The translations under genes and the position numbers were made by a program. DNA of 64,000 nucleotides. It comes from Sulfurimonas sp. Lineage in GTDB: Bacteria; Campylobacterota; Campylobacteria; Campylobacterales; Sulfurimonadaceae. Positions 9,648-19,533 of this stretch are shown in pieces. The notes beneath the pieces are model-generated. The model saw only the letters and a list, made by a program, of their open reading frames with translations. It had not been told where the DNA came from and made no database searches. The stretch is taken from assembly GCA_013791885.1 (NCBI GenBank), contig VMSZ01000010.1:5869-69868 (forward strand), in the 5' to 3' direction. The first letter of the stretch is position 1, and each line of letters opens with the position of its first letter.

Positions 9648-10109
9648 TTATAATTTTTGGATAGTTCTTCTAAAATATCTAATTGGCTCTGTTCCAGCAT
9701 TTGCAGTGATAGGAACTGTGACTGTAACATCCATCAAAACAGAGCCATTTTGCTCGGGAGTTGATACAGGGGTGTATAAAGTTCCTCCATTTGTTGCACA
9801 AGGCACATTTGAGTCATAAATATATTGCATGGAAATATCTACAGTATAGATAATATCTTGAGTAAAGCTTTGATTTAGATTGGTACATGGCGGATTTTGT
9901 GCAATAAGCAGTAAAGCATACTCTGTAGCACTTTTAGAAAGCAGCACACTTTGTTCATAAAGGTAAAGATCCGTTGTGCTTTTTGTAGTCTGTGCCGTCA
10001 TTGCAAGAGACAAAGCCATAATCGTAGCCATAATAACAATGACAGCAATAGCCATAATCATAGCCATACCACGACGAAAAGATTTTAAAATATTGTTTTT
10101 TCTTTGCAT
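9648..10109 (-). CDS. Pilin-like protein (MshP/PilX-like, lacks Glu+5)
   Basis: RRG|MAMIMAIAVIVIMA prepilin-like helix; last gene of the pilin cluster. Confidence 0.65.
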   Translation of the reverse strand: MQRKNNILKSFRRGMAMIMAIAVIVIMATIMALSLAMTAQTTKSTTDLYLYEQSVLLSKSATEYALLLIAQNPPCTNLNQSFTQDIIYTVDISMQYIYDSNVPCATNGGTLYTPVSTPEQNGSVLMDVTVTVPITANAGTEPIRYFRRTIQKL

Positions 10110-11002
10110 AATGAGTACGTCTCCTCTATCATAAGGTCACTTTTGGTACACAGTTGTATTTTCACAATAGAACCTATCGCCATTGCTTGGAAAGTGCTGA
10201 CATTTTCCATAATTGTAAATTTTTTTATATTTTGTCCGGCAGTGTAAAACATTTCCCCATTCCATGGCTGGTAATCATAGTAAAATACCAGGTCTCCCAT
10301 TTTTGTCCCTGCGTTATAGTTCTCCATAACAACTGCGTTTGCCGTCCAAGTGAGTTGGTAGTATTCGTAAACATTCACTCCCGTAAAGCTATTTGTTGCG
10401 TTTGTAGCACCATTTCTAGGAACAAATTCATTGGCATTAGTTCCTTGTTTTATAGGATGCATTACTGAACCGTTTTGGTCTGCTAAAGCTGTTCCATTCC
10501 ATCCATACCCATCTATATCCTGATTTGAACCGATAAAATAGAGAGCGGCATCGTTGACTCCACTATTCCCATGAGATAAAGCGAAAATTGTGGAATTAAT
10601 ATCAGTTGTGTTAGTTGCCGGTGAGACAAGCAAGTTTGCGTTTCCGGCATCTAAATCAATAATGCCGCTCCAGTTTGGAGTGGTTGTAGCTCTAAAATTG
10701 TCTATATCACTTGATACCCATTCAAGCACGACAAAAGTTTCTCCGCTTGCATCTGCCAAGGGTGTAAATGTAGTTGTTTCACCTGTTCTAGCAATAATAG
10801 AATCTTTTATACGGTATTGCAAACGCGAAGCGATAAATTCGACTGCGTTTGCACTGTTTGCTTGAAGGGTATTGTTTATCGTTGAAGAGATAAAATTTCT
10901 ATACGCCTGTGCTAAAAACTCCACACCAAATTTACCTATTATCCCCATAATAACAATAACAAATATGAGTTCAAGCATAGTAAACGCAGGACGAAGTCTC
11001 AT
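10085..11002 (-). CDS. Prepilin-type minor pilin (MshO/PilW-like)
   Basis: A|FTMLELIFVIVIMGII N-methylation motif. Confidence 0.75.
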   Translation of the reverse strand: MRLRPAFTMLELIFVIVIMGIIGKFGVEFLAQAYRNFISSTINNTLQANSANAVEFIASRLQYRIKDSIIARTGETTTFTPLADASGETFVVLEWVSSDIDNFRATTTPNWSGIIDLDAGNANLLVSPATNTTDINSTIFALSHGNSGVNDAALYFIGSNQDIDGYGWNGTALADQNGSVMHPIKQGTNANEFVPRNGATNATNSFTGVNVYEYYQLTWTANAVVMENYNAGTKMGDLVFYYDYQPWNGEMFYTAGQNIKKFTIMENVSTFQAMAIGSIVKIQLCTKSDLMIEETYSLCKEKTIF

Positions 11003-11625
11003 TAGTAGCTCCTTTTGTAGTAGTCAACTTCACCGATGTTCGCGCTGTATGTAACCAAAGAGGTAACAAGAGTAGCTACTCCTCCGATTGACTCAAAGAC
11101 TGATACGGTGATTTTTTTCATATTGGTATTTGCACCATTAAAATTTACATTTGCATCAACCGCTACTGAAACTGTATAGACTTTTTTATATCCGGCTGCG
11201 TCGGTGTTTGTGTCATCAAATATGTTTCCCACTTTTTCCATATCGTCAAGAGAAGTGACGGCTGCGTTTGTGCTTGCATTGGAAGCTGCAGTTGTATTAC
11301 TGTCTAAACAGCGTCTATGGTATGGCTGGACAATATGCCCGGGTTTGAGTCTGTATCTTGGAGAAGAAGGATTACTCGTACAATTTCCGTCATCAATGAC
11401 ACGCTCTAAAGAGTTGGGAAATCCAGGCTCTATGGAAGCTTCATCCCAATTTGCCGTGACGGCTTGATTGAGTTCTGCAGAAGCTGCAAAAATCGCCTCT
11501 TGAACCATGTTTGCTTCAATACCTTTTGATGTTGCTTGTGTCATCATAGGCAAAGAAATAACAGCAATGGCTATCACTACGATTGCAAAAATCAGTTCTA
11601 TGAGAGTGAAGGCTGATCTTACCAC
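11002..11625 (-). CDS. Prepilin-type minor pilin (MshD/PilV-like)
   Basis: A|FTLIELIFAIVVIAIA; SLDD and KKITVSV motifs; GTG start after AGGAG. Confidence 0.75.
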   Translation of the reverse strand: MVRSAFTLIELIFAIVVIAIAVISLPMMTQATSKGIEANMVQEAIFAASAELNQAVTANWDEASIEPGFPNSLERVIDDGNCTSNPSSPRYRLKPGHIVQPYHRRCLDSNTTAASNASTNAAVTSLDDMEKVGNIFDDTNTDAAGYKKVYTVSVAVDANVNFNGANTNMKKITVSVFESIGGVATLVTSLVTYSANIGEVDYYKRSY

Positions 11626-14600
11626 GTGGTTCTCCTGTTGGTTCTGTTAGAAGCATCAGGATTGGTTGTCGTATTTGTTTCATGCTTTCCTGCCCAGCCA
11701 CCGCCAGTTCCTAAAAACTCAACTTCAAATTCATTGTTTGTGTCATTGATGTTATATCTGTTATATATAAGCCAGCTTGAAGCGTTGTTTTCCATAGTTG
11801 TTTTGTATGGGTAGCCTTTAGTAGCTGCTGCATTGTAGGTTAAGGTACTTAGATACGGATTAGCGTTTGTAGATGCGGTCTCTGATACAGTACCTAAACT
11901 GTTCTTTTGTGAAATAGTTCCAACGACTCCAGAGGAAGAAGGCATATGAGAAGTATTGACAAACCATCTCGGGTCATCATTACTTACAGATGGAGTGCCA
12001 TCTGGTAAAAGATTTTTATCACATCCTGTACCATTACAAAAAACTTCATAATATATTGGAACTACTCCAGTATTGCCTATAAAAACTTGTCTTGGTGCGT
12101 TTGTACGACCATAGTAGTGTCTTATGGTTGCGTTTGTGCTTAAGTTTGCATCTGCTTCATGAGAGAAGGACACATTAGCCATAGAACTACAGTCTGAAGC
12201 TATTTGACATTTTACTTGAAGGTTTTCAAGTCCGATTTCTATGGGATTTACAGCAAGCGACTGGTTTCTATCAAAGTTAATCGAAAGATTCATATCCAAT
12301 GAGCCATTTTGTTCTTTAATAAAGCTCGTTTGTGCAAGAGTAAGTAAATTAAATGATGCATTTGTTGCTGGAGCAGGAATAATAGCATTGTTATCATTCC
12401 AAATCGCTGCACTTGTATTTATTTCTTGTAGTCTATAACGCCAGTTTGGGAGACCTGCTATGGTTGGAAAGGTGAGATTTACATCAAGATGTAAAGGTTC
12501 TGCATAACAATTATTTACAAAATTATTGACCGTTGCTCCATCAGCACCTTTCGCAGATATTTGACCGGAATATCTTATACTCATATTCTCATCGGTAGTA
12601 ATATTATTCATATAAATCCAATCAGTCTGATTGATAAGAGTTGTATTGAAATCTGTTCCTTTTGTAAAAGCAAGAGAAAAATCAAAATGGTGTGGTCTAA
12701 AAGTGAGGTTGTAATCAGAATATGATATACCAGTATAAAGATTGCTGTGAGTGGATGAAATTTCACATCCGACTAAGTTGTTATTGTAGGAATTTACATT
12801 GCTGTAAAGAGGTACACCACTTCCGCTGATGCAATCATAACCTGAAATCCAGTTGTTTCCTATGACATGATGCACAGGTGATTTATCTATGAAGGTCCAG
12901 GCAGAATCTATCATTTTTAATTCGTATCTGCCAATATTAGGATTGCTACGATTTTGGTCTTCTGTACTTCCATTGCTAAGATAGAAGTCTAAGTTTGTGT
13001 TATTTGTATCATTGCATCCAGAACTTATGTGACCGTTTGGTTCCCAATAAAATGTGGCATTACGATCTAAACCGGAAGAGGCATTATAAATAGCTGTATA
13101 CCCAGGTGTTGGATTTGAACTAATGTGATTAGTAGCATCAATATCGAATTCATAGTTGTATCCTGCAGCTAAGTTTGCTTCATGGGGAATAACATTGCTA
13201 AATCCTCCAACTGTATCTTTTATTTGAATGTTAAAAGCTTCCGGTCTAATTGAAAAGTTGTCTCGAGAACATAAGCTGACAGATTTGAGTCCGTAAATAC
13301 ACTTCATGCATGTGGATAAATCAGAAGCAGTCATACCTGACCCATTACCCCCGCCATTGTTTCCACACCACTGTGGTACTGTATCTGTACCGTTAGCTAT
13401 ATCAGCAGCGCAAACTTGACCAGCATATGTTGTAAAATTTTTCAATTTATATCTGCCTGTTGTTACTTCTTCAATTTGCACAGAGCCATTATTGTCATCG
13501 AGGTTATAGCTGATTCGAAAAGCGGTATTTTCTCTTGCCGTAGCATAAAATTCATTTGTTGTTACTGTTAGATTTAAGCCGGTTTCAAGTAGTGATGCAT
13601 CGAAATTTGCAAAAGTTACATTTTCATCTATGGTATTACCAAGCACTACCCATGCTTGTTTTGTTATGGCACTTCTTGGATCAGCACAAGAAGCATTTAT
13701 ATCATAATACCCGGCAACATCTATCATTTCAACAGCAACAACTCCGCTTGATGCCTTTACTGTATCGGGATTTAGCGGGTCAAAAGAGACTATTTTCATT
13801 TCGGTAGGGCGACTTGCTACCTGCGTTGGGAGATTGTATTTAATATTGCTGGCTCCATCTAAAACATTAGGATTTAGAGTAGAATCTACCATGTTGTAAA
13901 TACCGACAGCAGGAATATATGGCGAAGGGCTGGCGGTACATCTTGGAATTGTATTTGCAAAAGGTAAGTTCGTTAGACTATAGGTAGTTCCGTTTAAGGT
14001 ATAATCAAAATCAATATAGAGATTCAGGGGTACATCTATTGAACCGGATGATGAGGGGTTTATATTAAAGTTCGTAAAAATACTTTGAGTATAACCCAAT
14101 ACATTTGGAGATTTTAAAAAATTAAATTTTAAATCTGATTTTGAAAGAGTGGAAATATCAGCAGATGCTACACCATAATAAGCTGTTGCATCTGGATTAG
14201 TGATGGTTAAATCCAGTGCATTCAAGTCTGTAAAGAATTCTAGCTCATTAGTACTGTTGAGGTCATCGATAAAAAGTTTAATATTTTCTGCTTCGGTACC
14301 AGATTCCATATTTCTGAGCATGATGCTTGTCGATATGGGAGAAGTGTTATACAGCACCCCATGTATATGTGGAGTGAGAGAAGTATCATGTTGAAAAAAT
14401 CTTCCAAGCTGTGAAAAAGAGTAGTCATAGCAGAGTTGAGGGATGTACAAATCAGTTGAGAAACCAACAACTCCCAAAATAACCCTATCGCTGGTAATAG
14501 CCATTTTGATAGTTGTCGCTGTTTGCTCATTGCTGAGTTGCGCTTGAAAGTTACGAATGTCTATCGCCATAACAGGTGTTAGATTAGGACTCCTATTTAG

Positions 14601-16628
14601 ATTGTCTGTTCCATCTTTATTAGTAATTGCACCATTCCAGCCAGGTCCATTGTCAACCTCAATATATGTTCCTCCATTTGATTCACTATCTCCCTGTGTT
14701 ATATGTAAAGTTTCCGCTGCTGTAGCGCTTCCTTCTCCATCGCCAATAAACATTGTCAGAGTGGAGTTAACTGTAGCTGGAGCTTTAGGTGTATAAAACC
14801 CGCTAACATCAAACTGCATTGTTCGGTGATATATGCCTAGAGAAGCGGCTTTTTCTGCATCGGTTGAGCCACTCATAGCTGAGCCGTTGAGTGTTGCATA
14901 TGTTATGGCGTCATCATTTTTTCCATCATATAAGGCAATAAAGCCATCGTTGACGCTTACATTTCTAAATGTTCCAGCGGGATCTTCATAGACAATTACC
15001 AAATTCCAAGCGCCCAAAACACCAATGGGAATGAGATAACCAGTGTCGGCGACAATGTTTGAAACAGTGTACTCACCACTTGCATTTCCTCCATTAGCAG
15101 CTTCGACGGCTTTGAGATCATTTGTGACATTGTAAAAGCCTTGATATAAAAAAGCATCTTTATGATTCCAAGAGCGGAGATTTACTGACTTTGTTGTTCC
15201 TCCGCTATATTGACTTACATATGTAGCTTGTGAATCATTTTCCGTATTGCCGACATCTTGTTCAGTAGGGTCAAAGCTTGCATGTGTATAGAGCCATCTG
15301 AAGTCACTTACTGCAGTAGAACTTGTATTGTATAAGCCAGAATTAATGGCAGCAGTTTTTGTTGATGCAGCTCCTGTAGGTGTTTTAAATACTACACTTC
15401 TTGCAGCAGAACGTCTTTGGTCTAGTGCTCCTCCGGCATCTTTTGAAGTATTTGAAGAGTCTTCAATATGTCCTTCCCAAAAGAGTCCTGCCCATTTAAT
15501 TTTTGCACCAGTAGGTATACTTAATGTTGCTTTAGATTGGTTATTATACGAGGAACTAGAATCTAATGCACTTGGGAGATTCGCAGCAATGGATGTCGTG
15601 GTTTCCGCAATAATTGGGATAACATTTCCTGCTTGATTTCCCTGTGTTAAACTTGCCGTTCCTTGCACGTCACATTGGCCATCTCTGTCAAAGTCTGTAC
15701 AATAGTTGCTGTTACCAATAGAGACCAAGTCACCGACTACATTTGTTTGAACTAAAGGAACGCTAAAATCTTTAGGATGTGGATGCTTGAAAGTTGCAGA
15801 GCGGTTTATTGGATCATAAAAAGAGAGTTGAAGCTGGTAGTCCGTAGTGCTTGTGGTATCTGCTCTAAACTGAACATAGTACGTACTATTGGGTGCTAAA
15901 AGCGAGGAGTAAATATTTTGAGAAACGTTCTTCCCGTCTTTTTTTCCTTTTCGCTGCGCTTGTGACAGTGTAGTCTGAGAACCGCATACTCCCTCATTTA
16001 AAAACATTGTAACATTTTCGGCTTGATTGTCTATGTTGAGATAATTGACTTTTACACCAACATAATTTCCACCGTTGGGATTTGCAGGGGCAGTAAATTT
16101 ATACCAGCCATTTTGCGTACCGTTACTTTTTATACTGCCAGTAGCTGTGTAAGGAGAAACAAGTGTATTTGCTCCAGCACATGTTGTCCCGTCAGCTTTT
16201 TGAAAATTGATAGATATTGTATAGTTTATCGTTTTATTTCTGCTTATGTGAATATAAATCCAATCTCCAGAAACTACGGTAAAGGATGGTACAGAATGAG
16301 AAAGTGCTTGGCCTCCACTATAGATAGAGTTATCCCCACAGCTACTTTTCGATACATCAAAATAAAAATTTTGCGCTGTGGTTTGAGAAACAGAAATGTT
16401 GAGTGTTCCTGCAGCACTCATCTGAAATTTGAAGTAATCGTCACTATCGCTGGATGATAAAGTCCCAGATGACGTTGCTGTACCGGATACAGACCAGTTC
16501 GTCAAAGCGCTGATAGTCTCTCCTGGACATACATTGTTACTAGGTTCACTGTCTGCATACACACTACTTTGTATTAACAGTAATAAAAGTAAAAATCTAT
16601 ATACAGTTTTTATAAATATATTATCCAT
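11619..16628 (-). CDS. Large exported adhesin-like protein, MshQ/DUF6701-like C-terminus
   Basis: Signal peptide after ATG 16628 (GAGGAG RBS); S/T/N/G-rich beta-domain composition; FRPHHF and YYGR motifs near the C-terminus; translationally coupled to the pilin genes. Confidence 0.65.
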   Translation of the reverse strand: MDNIFIKTVYRFLLLLLLIQSSVYADSEPSNNVCPGETISALTNWSVSGTATSSGTLSSSDSDDYFKFQMSAAGTLNISVSQTTAQNFYFDVSKSSCGDNSIYSGGQALSHSVPSFTVVSGDWIYIHISRNKTINYTISINFQKADGTTCAGANTLVSPYTATGSIKSNGTQNGWYKFTAPANPNGGNYVGVKVNYLNIDNQAENVTMFLNEGVCGSQTTLSQAQRKGKKDGKNVSQNIYSSLLAPNSTYYVQFRADTTSTTDYQLQLSFYDPINRSATFKHPHPKDFSVPLVQTNVVGDLVSIGNSNYCTDFDRDGQCDVQGTASLTQGNQAGNVIPIIAETTTSIAANLPSALDSSSSYNNQSKATLSIPTGAKIKWAGLFWEGHIEDSSNTSKDAGGALDQRRSAARSVVFKTPTGAASTKTAAINSGLYNTSSTAVSDFRWLYTHASFDPTEQDVGNTENDSQATYVSQYSGGTTKSVNLRSWNHKDAFLYQGFYNVTNDLKAVEAANGGNASGEYTVSNIVADTGYLIPIGVLGAWNLVIVYEDPAGTFRNVSVNDGFIALYDGKNDDAITYATLNGSAMSGSTDAEKAASLGIYHRTMQFDVSGFYTPKAPATVNSTLTMFIGDGEGSATAAETLHITQGDSESNGGTYIEVDNGPGWNGAITNKDGTDNLNRSPNLTPVMAIDIRNFQAQLSNEQTATTIKMAITSDRVILGVVGFSTDLYIPQLCYDYSFSQLGRFFQHDTSLTPHIHGVLYNTSPISTSIMLRNMESGTEAENIKLFIDDLNSTNELEFFTDLNALDLTITNPDATAYYGVASADISTLSKSDLKFNFLKSPNVLGYTQSIFTNFNINPSSSGSIDVPLNLYIDFDYTLNGTTYSLTNLPFANTIPRCTASPSPYIPAVGIYNMVDSTLNPNVLDGASNIKYNLPTQVASRPTEMKIVSFDPLNPDTVKASSGVVAVEMIDVAGYYDINASCADPRSAITKQAWVVLGNTIDENVTFANFDASLLETGLNLTVTTNEFYATARENTAFRISYNLDDNNGSVQIEEVTTGRYKLKNFTTYAGQVCAADIANGTDTVPQWCGNNGGGNGSGMTASDLSTCMKCIYGLKSVSLCSRDNFSIRPEAFNIQIKDTVGGFSNVIPHEANLAAGYNYEFDIDATNHISSNPTPGYTAIYNASSGLDRNATFYWEPNGHISSGCNDTNNTNLDFYLSNGSTEDQNRSNPNIGRYELKMIDSAWTFIDKSPVHHVIGNNWISGYDCISGSGVPLYSNVNSYNNNLVGCEISSTHSNLYTGISYSDYNLTFRPHHFDFSLAFTKGTDFNTTLINQTDWIYMNNITTDENMSIRYSGQISAKGADGATVNNFVNNCYAEPLHLDVNLTFPTIAGLPNWRYRLQEINTSAAIWNDNNAIIPAPATNASFNLLTLAQTSFIKEQNGSLDMNLSINFDRNQSLAVNPIEIGLENLQVKCQIASDCSSMANVSFSHEADANLSTNATIRHYYGRTNAPRQVFIGNTGVVPIYYEVFCNGTGCDKNLLPDGTPSVSNDDPRWFVNTSHMPSSSGVVGTISQKNSLGTVSETASTNANPYLSTLTYNAAATKGYPYKTTMENNASSWLIYNRYNINDTNNEFEVEFLGTGGGWAGKHETNTTTNPDASNRTNRRTTW

Positions 16629-16797
16629 CTTTAACTCCTCACAAAAAATGCCGCACCCAAAAATAGGGCTCAAGAATACTCAAACTTGCGTTTACTTTAT
16701 TATACAACTTTTTTTAAGTGTCTATTCTGAAATAATGTAGAATTATAAAAAGTGATTAATGTTTTTAAAAGAATGAAGATAAAAAAGTGCTTAGAAA

Positions 16798-17958
16798 TTA
16801 ATTTTTTTCGAGAGAAAAAGTCTTGAGTAGATTTTCAAGTAATTTAGCTTTGACTTCATTGTTTTCTCTCTGAATTCTCACATCTATTTCATTTTTTACT
16901 ATCTCTAAGGCGTGTAGGCACTCTTCATACAAAGCAAGCACATCACTTTTGGAAAGTTCACAAAACTCAACTCCAAAACGCAGCAGATATTTTTTATCCC
17001 ACCATTTTTTGCTTCCTAAAAGAGTGAGTGCAGGTATGTCATTTTTTATGTACACAGTTGTTGAAACTATGTCATACGCCGGAGCGAGTTTGATGTCTGT
17101 AATATTTTTGTAAATGAGCCCAAAGTTTTTAAGGTGGGCATCGCCGTTTTGTACTAAATTGTTTATGATGATGATTTTAAAAAATGCTTGTAAAGATGCT
17201 CTTTTATGCTCTGGAGATACAAATATTTTTATGCTTTTTGCAATCTGCTCGTAACTTCCTTCGTATTTGTCCTCTCTTTGTTTGGCTTGAAGAACGCACA
17301 TATCTTCAAAGCCTAAAGTTGTGCCATCCTCTTGTATGTCAAACCTTTTCATAATAAACAACTTGTCATCATCTGAGATGTAAAAGTCTGCAACATCTAT
17401 GCCTGCATATTTTGCTATGCTCATGCAATAATATTCATTGAGTGCCAACTGAGGATAATCATCGCCCCATGATTTGACAATATAGTCATCGAGTTTGAGT
17501 GTGGCTTTGTCTTGAACTCTTGCTAAAACTTTGGGTTGGACTCCACTGAGAGGCGAATTTAGTGCAAATCTGGAGACAAGTTCATTAAATAAATTTATTG
17601 ATTTTGGTTGTAAAAGTTCTTCAAGAGTTAAGAATTGTTCTTGAATTTCATCTGTATGAACATATGTTAATCTTCCATGTATGCTCTTTGACATGAGTTG
17701 GAGTAAGCCAAAATCATCTGTTTTTACTATTTTAGAAAAGTGTTTTTTTATGATAGAAAGAAGATAGCCTTCGGGTAAATGCATTTCAAAAATGGGGTGT
17801 AAATGTTTGTTTGCATAACTCTTTGCGCGTACTTGCATGGTGAGAGAAATAAAAGCATTTTTATTTTCACTGGTATAAGAAAAGAGAAATTCATCATTTT
17901 CTTTTGTCAGCTGACCGACTAGTTTTTTTTCTACTTCAACATAAAGTTTATTTTCCAT
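16798..17958 (-). CDS. hipA: HipA family Ser/Thr kinase toxin
   Basis: LPEG, SGVQPK, NEYYCM, RFD, FED, NGDAHLKNF, LAPAYD; start ATG 17958 behind GAGGAG. Confidence 0.92.
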   Translation of the reverse strand: MENKLYVEVEKKLVGQLTKENDEFLFSYTSENKNAFISLTMQVRAKSYANKHLHPIFEMHLPEGYLLSIIKKHFSKIVKTDDFGLLQLMSKSIHGRLTYVHTDEIQEQFLTLEELLQPKSINLFNELVSRFALNSPLSGVQPKVLARVQDKATLKLDDYIVKSWGDDYPQLALNEYYCMSIAKYAGIDVADFYISDDDKLFIMKRFDIQEDGTTLGFEDMCVLQAKQREDKYEGSYEQIAKSIKIFVSPEHKRASLQAFFKIIIINNLVQNGDAHLKNFGLIYKNITDIKLAPAYDIVSTTVYIKNDIPALTLLGSKKWWDKKYLLRFGVEFCELSKSDVLALYEECLHALEIVKNEIDVRIQRENNEVKAKLLENLLKTFSLEKN

Positions 17959-18190
17959 CTCTAAGCTCCTCAAATGATGGAAACATTCCTTTTTCTTTTA
18001 ACTCTATTTCGTACCCCAAGTAGTCAAGGATTTGTAAAACTTTTTTAAATCCAACATCGGCTTCACCATTGTTTTCAAGGGAGCTGATGGTTGCTCTTGA
18101 AATCCCAATGTCAGATGCAAGTTGCGTTTGTGAGATTTTTTTCTTTTTTCGCAGAAAAGATAATGCTTTGCCAAATTCTAAATAATCCAT
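17948..18190 (-). CDS. hipB: HipB-like XRE HTH antitoxin
   Basis: SQTQLASDIGISRATISSLENN HTH; directly upstream of and overlapping hipA. Confidence 0.88.
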   Translation of the reverse strand: MDYLEFGKALSFLRKKKKISQTQLASDIGISRATISSLENNGEADVGFKKVLQILDYLGYEIELKEKGMFPSFEELRDGK

Positions 18191-18200
18191 ACAATTCCAA

Positions 18201-18272
18201 TAGTGTAAAATATACTAGTCATTATATGTTTATTTTCTCTTAATGTCAAATATAATTGACATTAAGAGAAAA
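18201..18272 (-). promoter_or_regulatory. hipBA promoter with two operator-like repeats
   Basis: Minus strand TTGACA-N17-TATAAT (18249-18221); perfect 17-bp inverted repeat 18233-18272; 18201-18224 matches 18241-18264 at 19/24 nt. Confidence 0.75.
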
Positions 18273-18274
18273 AG

Positions 18275-18655
18275 CTATTTATTTAAAAAGCTAGAAATTT
18301 TCTCAGCAACGCTGTATTTTGTTGCTTCTTGGAGGATGATTTGTGCGGCTTTTTTTGTGTCTGTGTTGAAGACCAAAGGTCCTATGAAGTTGACCATAGA
18401 GTCTTCTATGGGTGTTTGGATCAGAACGATGTTGAAAACAAGCAAATTAGAGATGTCTGTAATCTCAAGCAAGTCTTGGGTTTTTTGAGGAACTTCAAAG
18501 TCGTACTCTATAAGGACAAAAGGATTGATGAGAGTAAAAGAGATGTGTGAATCTTCAACGGCTTGCATTTTCATAAAGATATCGTCAATCTTTTGAAGCT
18601 CCACTTGTTTGATATGGTCAAAGCCTAAAATAGGTACTTGTAAGTCAAATGTCAT
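18275..18655 (-). CDS. fliW: Flagellar assembly factor / CsrA antagonist FliW
   Basis: PILGF, FTLINPF, YDFEVP, VNFIGPLVFN, AAQIIL; start moved to ATG 18655. Confidence 0.9.
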   Translation of the reverse strand: MTFDLQVPILGFDHIKQVELQKIDDIFMKMQAVEDSHISFTLINPFVLIEYDFEVPQKTQDLLEITDISNLLVFNIVLIQTPIEDSMVNFIGPLVFNTDTKKAAQIILQEATKYSVAEKISSFLNK

Positions 18656-18778
18656 TAAAAAACCTTTTGTAAATTTCGTAAAGTATAACACTTTAAAGCA
18701 TAAAACATACCTAGTTTAATGAGTGTTATATAAGTTTTGGATAGAATAACACTCCATTTAAAACTAGGAATCAACTTT

Positions 18779-19525
18779 ATGAAATTAAAAACAAATATTT
18801 TACTGCTTTTGCTCTGTGGCCTTATCTTCTTTAGCGGCTGTTCTAAAGATGTTGAAGAGTATAACAAACCCGCTGTGTACTGGTACTCCAAGATTATTGA
18901 ATCTATTTCCAATGGCAATATAGAAAAAGCGGACAATTACTATAGTTCCCTGCAGGGTGAACACATAGGTTCTCCGCTTTTACCTGAAGCTACGATGATT
19001 TTAGCAATAGCGCATATGAACGAGGAAGAGTATCTTTTAAGTGAGCACTTTTTTAATGAGTATATTAAACGTTATGCAAACCCGAATGAAAAAGAGTTTG
19101 CGGAGTTTATGAAGATTAAAGCAAAGTACCTGGCTCTTCCAAATCCTTGGCGTGATCAGGTGTTGATTCAGGAGGCTATAGTTGAAGGTGAAAACTTCAA
19201 AAAACTTTACCCGCATTCTGCGTACTATGCTATTGTAGAGAGTATATTGACGAATCTTTACATGGCAGATGCAGCACTGAATGAAAACATAGCTGATTTG
19301 TATACAAGACTTGATAAGCCTAGAAGTGCGGATTTTTATAAAAATATTAAACCGCAGCCTTGGATAGATTGGAATGAGATAGAACGAGCTAATACAGCCT
19401 GGTACCGTGCATGGTTTGAAGGTGATGGAACCGAAAGTTGGTACGGATTTATGGTTCCAGATACAAAAAGTGTTGTGTCTAGAAACTCTGCTCCACAAGA
19501 AAATAAAAATAATATTGAACAATAG
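18779..19525 (+). CDS. bamD: Outer membrane assembly lipoprotein BamD
   Basis: Lipobox FSG|C, YNKPAVYWY, TPR-like helices; directly upstream of lon; start moved to ATG 18779. Confidence 0.85.
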   Translation: MKLKTNILLLLLCGLIFFSGCSKDVEEYNKPAVYWYSKIIESISNGNIEKADNYYSSLQGEHIGSPLLPEATMILAIAHMNEEEYLLSEHFFNEYIKRYANPNEKEFAEFMKIKAKYLALPNPWRDQVLIQEAIVEGENFKKLYPHSAYYAIVESILTNLYMADAALNENIADLYTRLDKPRSADFYKNIKPQPWIDWNEIERANTAWYRAWFEGDGTESWYGFMVPDTKSVVSRNSAPQENKNNIEQ

Positions 19526-19533
19526 GATAATTT

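Noticed and set aside
16629..16710. c-di-GMP riboswitch in the adhesin leader
   Set aside because: Leader is short (~65 nt) and lacks the GEMM GGCAAA..GAAA..GACGCAAAG consensus
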